Of a DNA stretch of 64,000 nt, positions 62,128-64,000 are shown in pieces; positions within the stretch are counted from its first letter, which is position 1; each line of letters opens with the position of its first letter. Source of the DNA: an uncultured Staphylococcaceae bacterium. GTDB taxonomy: Bacteria > Bacillota_I > Bacilli_A > RFN20 > CAG-826. The stretch is from the NCBI GenBank assembly GCA_964386745.1, contig CAYLSZ010000002.1, positions 1,717-65,716 of the forward strand, given 5' to 3'. The notes under the pieces are model-generated. The model made no database searches. It was not told the origin of the DNA and saw only the letters and a program-made list of their open reading frames with translations. The position numbers and the translations under genes were made by a program.

Positions 62128-62890
62128 AAACTTCCTCTACTACCTCTAGGAGTTCTTTACCTAACGCTGGGCTAGTAGCTCCTATAAAATTGTCTTTCAT
62201 TTTCGTAAGGCTTATATTTTTACCATCGAAATTCGATGAATATAAACCCAATGTGCTTAAGATCTTAACTCCTCCTAGATAGTCCCAAATACTGAGATTT
62301 GGTTCTATAAATCCATCAATTTTTCCTAAGGCTAAATTCATTAAATTGATGACCGTAGATCCACTTCTCCTCGTGTCTATAGCCTTTAAAAGCAACATAT
62401 TTAATAAGGAGGATATGTGTTTTGCTTCGTCTTTTACATAAGGAGAAGTTCCGAGATCTACAATGGAGGTACTTATGCTTTTTTTATCAAAATCAGCTAG
62501 ATATTCTTCATCGTTAAGATACACTTTGTCGTTATATGAACTAATGAGTGTATCGCTATTTGGATCATATAATGCTCCATAAGTTAGTTCATTATTATGA
62601 ACTAAGGCTACGCTAACTCCATAAATTTTGATTCCTCTAATGAAGTTATAAGTTCCATCTAAAGGATCGATTACGAAGTATGTATTTGAGAAGTTTTTAT
62701 CATCTTCTTCAAGTACAAATGTAGCTTCTGGAACGATTTGACTTAACTTTTCAACTAGATAGTCTTCTACTTCTTTATCAATAGTGGTAACGAAGTTACT
62801 TCTACCTTTCTCGGCAACTTGAAAGTCGTTAACTTTATCAAATATTTCTTTAACGCTTCTAATAATTTTGTCGAGAGTCGAATAGTTCAT
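62117..62890 (-). CDS. inositol monophosphatase family protein
   Basis: 257 aa. EE..., DPLDGT and WDYLGG motifs. Confidence 0.8.
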   Translation of the reverse strand: MNYSTLDKIIRSVKEIFDKVNDFQVAEKGRSNFVTTIDKEVEDYLVEKLSQIVPEATFVLEEDDKNFSNTYFVIDPLDGTYNFIRGIKIYGVSVALVHNNELTYGALYDPNSDTLISSYNDKVYLNDEEYLADFDKKSISTSIVDLGTSPYVKDEAKHISSLLNMLLLKAIDTRRSGSTVINLMNLALGKIDGFIEPNLSIWDYLGGVKILSTLGLYSSNFDGKNISLTKMKDNFIGATSPALGKELLEVVEEVYGK

Positions 62891-62913
62891 CTAATTCATT
62901 CCTACTTTATAAA

Positions 62914-63129
62914 TTAATCATCGAAATCGGTAATTCTATCGTGCATGAGATGATATTTGGATTTATGTTGTTCATATCGAGCCAAAATATCTTCTTCACT
63001 ACCGGTATAACCGCATCTAATACAGTAATATTCTTTCTTTTCTTCATCGTAGAATAAATCGATATCTATATCACGATTGAAGCAAGTTGGGCAACGATAG
63101 TTTAATTTGCCTTTTTTACCTTGAGACAT
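62914..63129 (-). CDS. small C4 zinc-ribbon protein
   Basis: 71 aa. CPTC...CIRC. The start lies within the last 28 nt of the upstream gene. Confidence 0.55.
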   Translation of the reverse strand: MSQGKKGKLNYRCPTCFNRDIDIDLFYDEEKKEYYCIRCGYTGSEEDILARYEQHKSKYHLMHDRITDFDD

Positions 63130-64000
63130 GATGATAATTCTCCTTTATCTAATATAGTTTTACTTACCCCGAGGGTAAACATTGGTGAAAAGGCATAACC
63201 TTCGTTGACGTAACCTTTATAGTCACCCTCACTATCCATTTCTAAGATAGTTTCGATTTGAGGAATGGTAATTTTAGGAGCTTTCTTATTAGCTTCTAAA
63301 TGTCTACATTTATATTCGTATGGAATTGATTCTTTACCTACTTCAAGAGTAATTCCATACATATCTTGCGAGTATTCAGTCGTTCCATACGATCCGACAA
63401 GATATTCATTGAGTTCTACTTCAATACCCTTTTTATTGATATGAGTTATTTCACGTTTTGTTTCGATAACTCCAGTGTTTTCTTCGATTTTGAAGGTACT
63501 GACTATAGTTACATGAACGTCGTTATGGAAATCAACTGTGACAGGATCAAGCGTTAAAATCTTATATCCTTTGCCATTAGTCACGTGTCCTTTAGTTCTA
63601 CAAAGAGCTAAATCGACTGTCTCTTTATCATATGTCACCTTACAAGATTTTAAGGTTCCTTCGCCTTTATAGTGAGTGAAGTATCCAGCTCTATAATTGG
63701 CTTGAATAATGTAAGGATAACTTGCATCGTAGATATGCTTTGTACCGATTCCAGTAGGCCAATATAATTTACCGGCATATGGACGTAAATCGATCATTGC
63801 ACCACTTTGATTGAGGTCTAAACAGAATCTAAATGATGGGTCATAATACCAGAAATATTGTTTATTGCTTCCGTATAAGATGTCTTTCCATAAAGCAACT
63901 TCTGGTTCGCCATAATGTTTATTTTCTCTATAGAAATCTGCAAATTCGGCCATAGTCATATCGACTAATTTGCCTTCTTTCTTGAGTTTTCCATAGTAAG
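63102..64000 (-). CDS. hypothetical protein, 5' end probably beyond the window
   Basis: The frame stays open from 63959 to the window edge (..YYGKLKKEGKLVDMTMAEF..). I recognise no domain. Confidence 0.5.
   Translation of the reverse strand, partial: YYGKLKKEGKLVDMTMAEFADFYRENKHYGEPEVALWKDILYGSNKQYFWYYDPSFRFCLDLNQSGAMIDLRPYAGKLYWPTGIGTKHIYDASYPYIIQANYRAGYFTHYKGEGTLKSCKVTYDKETVDLALCRTKGHVTNGKGYKILTLDPVTVDFHNDVHVTIVSTFKIEENTGVIETKREITHINKKGIEVELNEYLVGSYGTTEYSQDMYGITLEVGKESIPYEYKCRHLEANKKAPKITIPQIETILEMDSEGDYKGYVNEGYAFSPMFTLGVSKTILDKGELSSCLKVKKAN

Overview
Low-GC (by eye about one third G+C) bacterial chromosomal segment with about 60 protein genes, mostly on the minus strand. It uses the standard genetic code: TGA acts as a stop, Trp is TGG, and the only RNA gene I can support is tRNA-Trp with anticodon CCA. 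There are many lipoproteins with acidic linkers, an IS1634-family element and anaerobe-type redox genes (NfnAB-like, rubrerythrin/PerR). Together these suggest an Acholeplasma/Erysipelotrichia-like low-GC Firmicute or Mollicute relative, but that is inference only. Recognisable content, in order: pfk-nagA, aldose-epimerase-like, DeoR, TauE; a six-gene operon (NitT/TauT-type ABC importer plus NagB-like, LarA-like and TIM-like enzymes); ECF-S plus kinase; NfnAB-like; psuG plus macro-HTH; degV; a ThyX-like protein plus folD; secG; tRNA-Trp; a TetR-controlled small module interrupted by an IS1634-family element; perR, a rubredoxin-like ORF and rbr; an EF-G paralogue; GH3/AKR/PfkB; metG and rpmE; a four-fold cassette array of membrane proteins; two divergent AAA/DUF4143 ATPases; and a galactan-utilisation locus (two GH53, ABC importer, giant CBM/Ig lipoprotein). 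Four things stand out. (1) A dispersed 30-50 bp repeat family with a CTGCAG core has at least 13 intergenic copies, plus apparently in-frame copies inside genes, and supplies the stop codons and C-terminal tails of several genes. (2) The tandem two-gene cassette array at 42.0-46.5 kb has three of its four partner genes decayed to stubs. (3) The IS1634-type insertion is flanked by a perfect 343-bp target duplication that regenerates the promoter, operators and 5' gene ends. (4) Paired DUF4143 ATPase/nuclease-like genes carry homologous hairpin-containing leaders. No CRISPR array, rRNA or prophage was seen.
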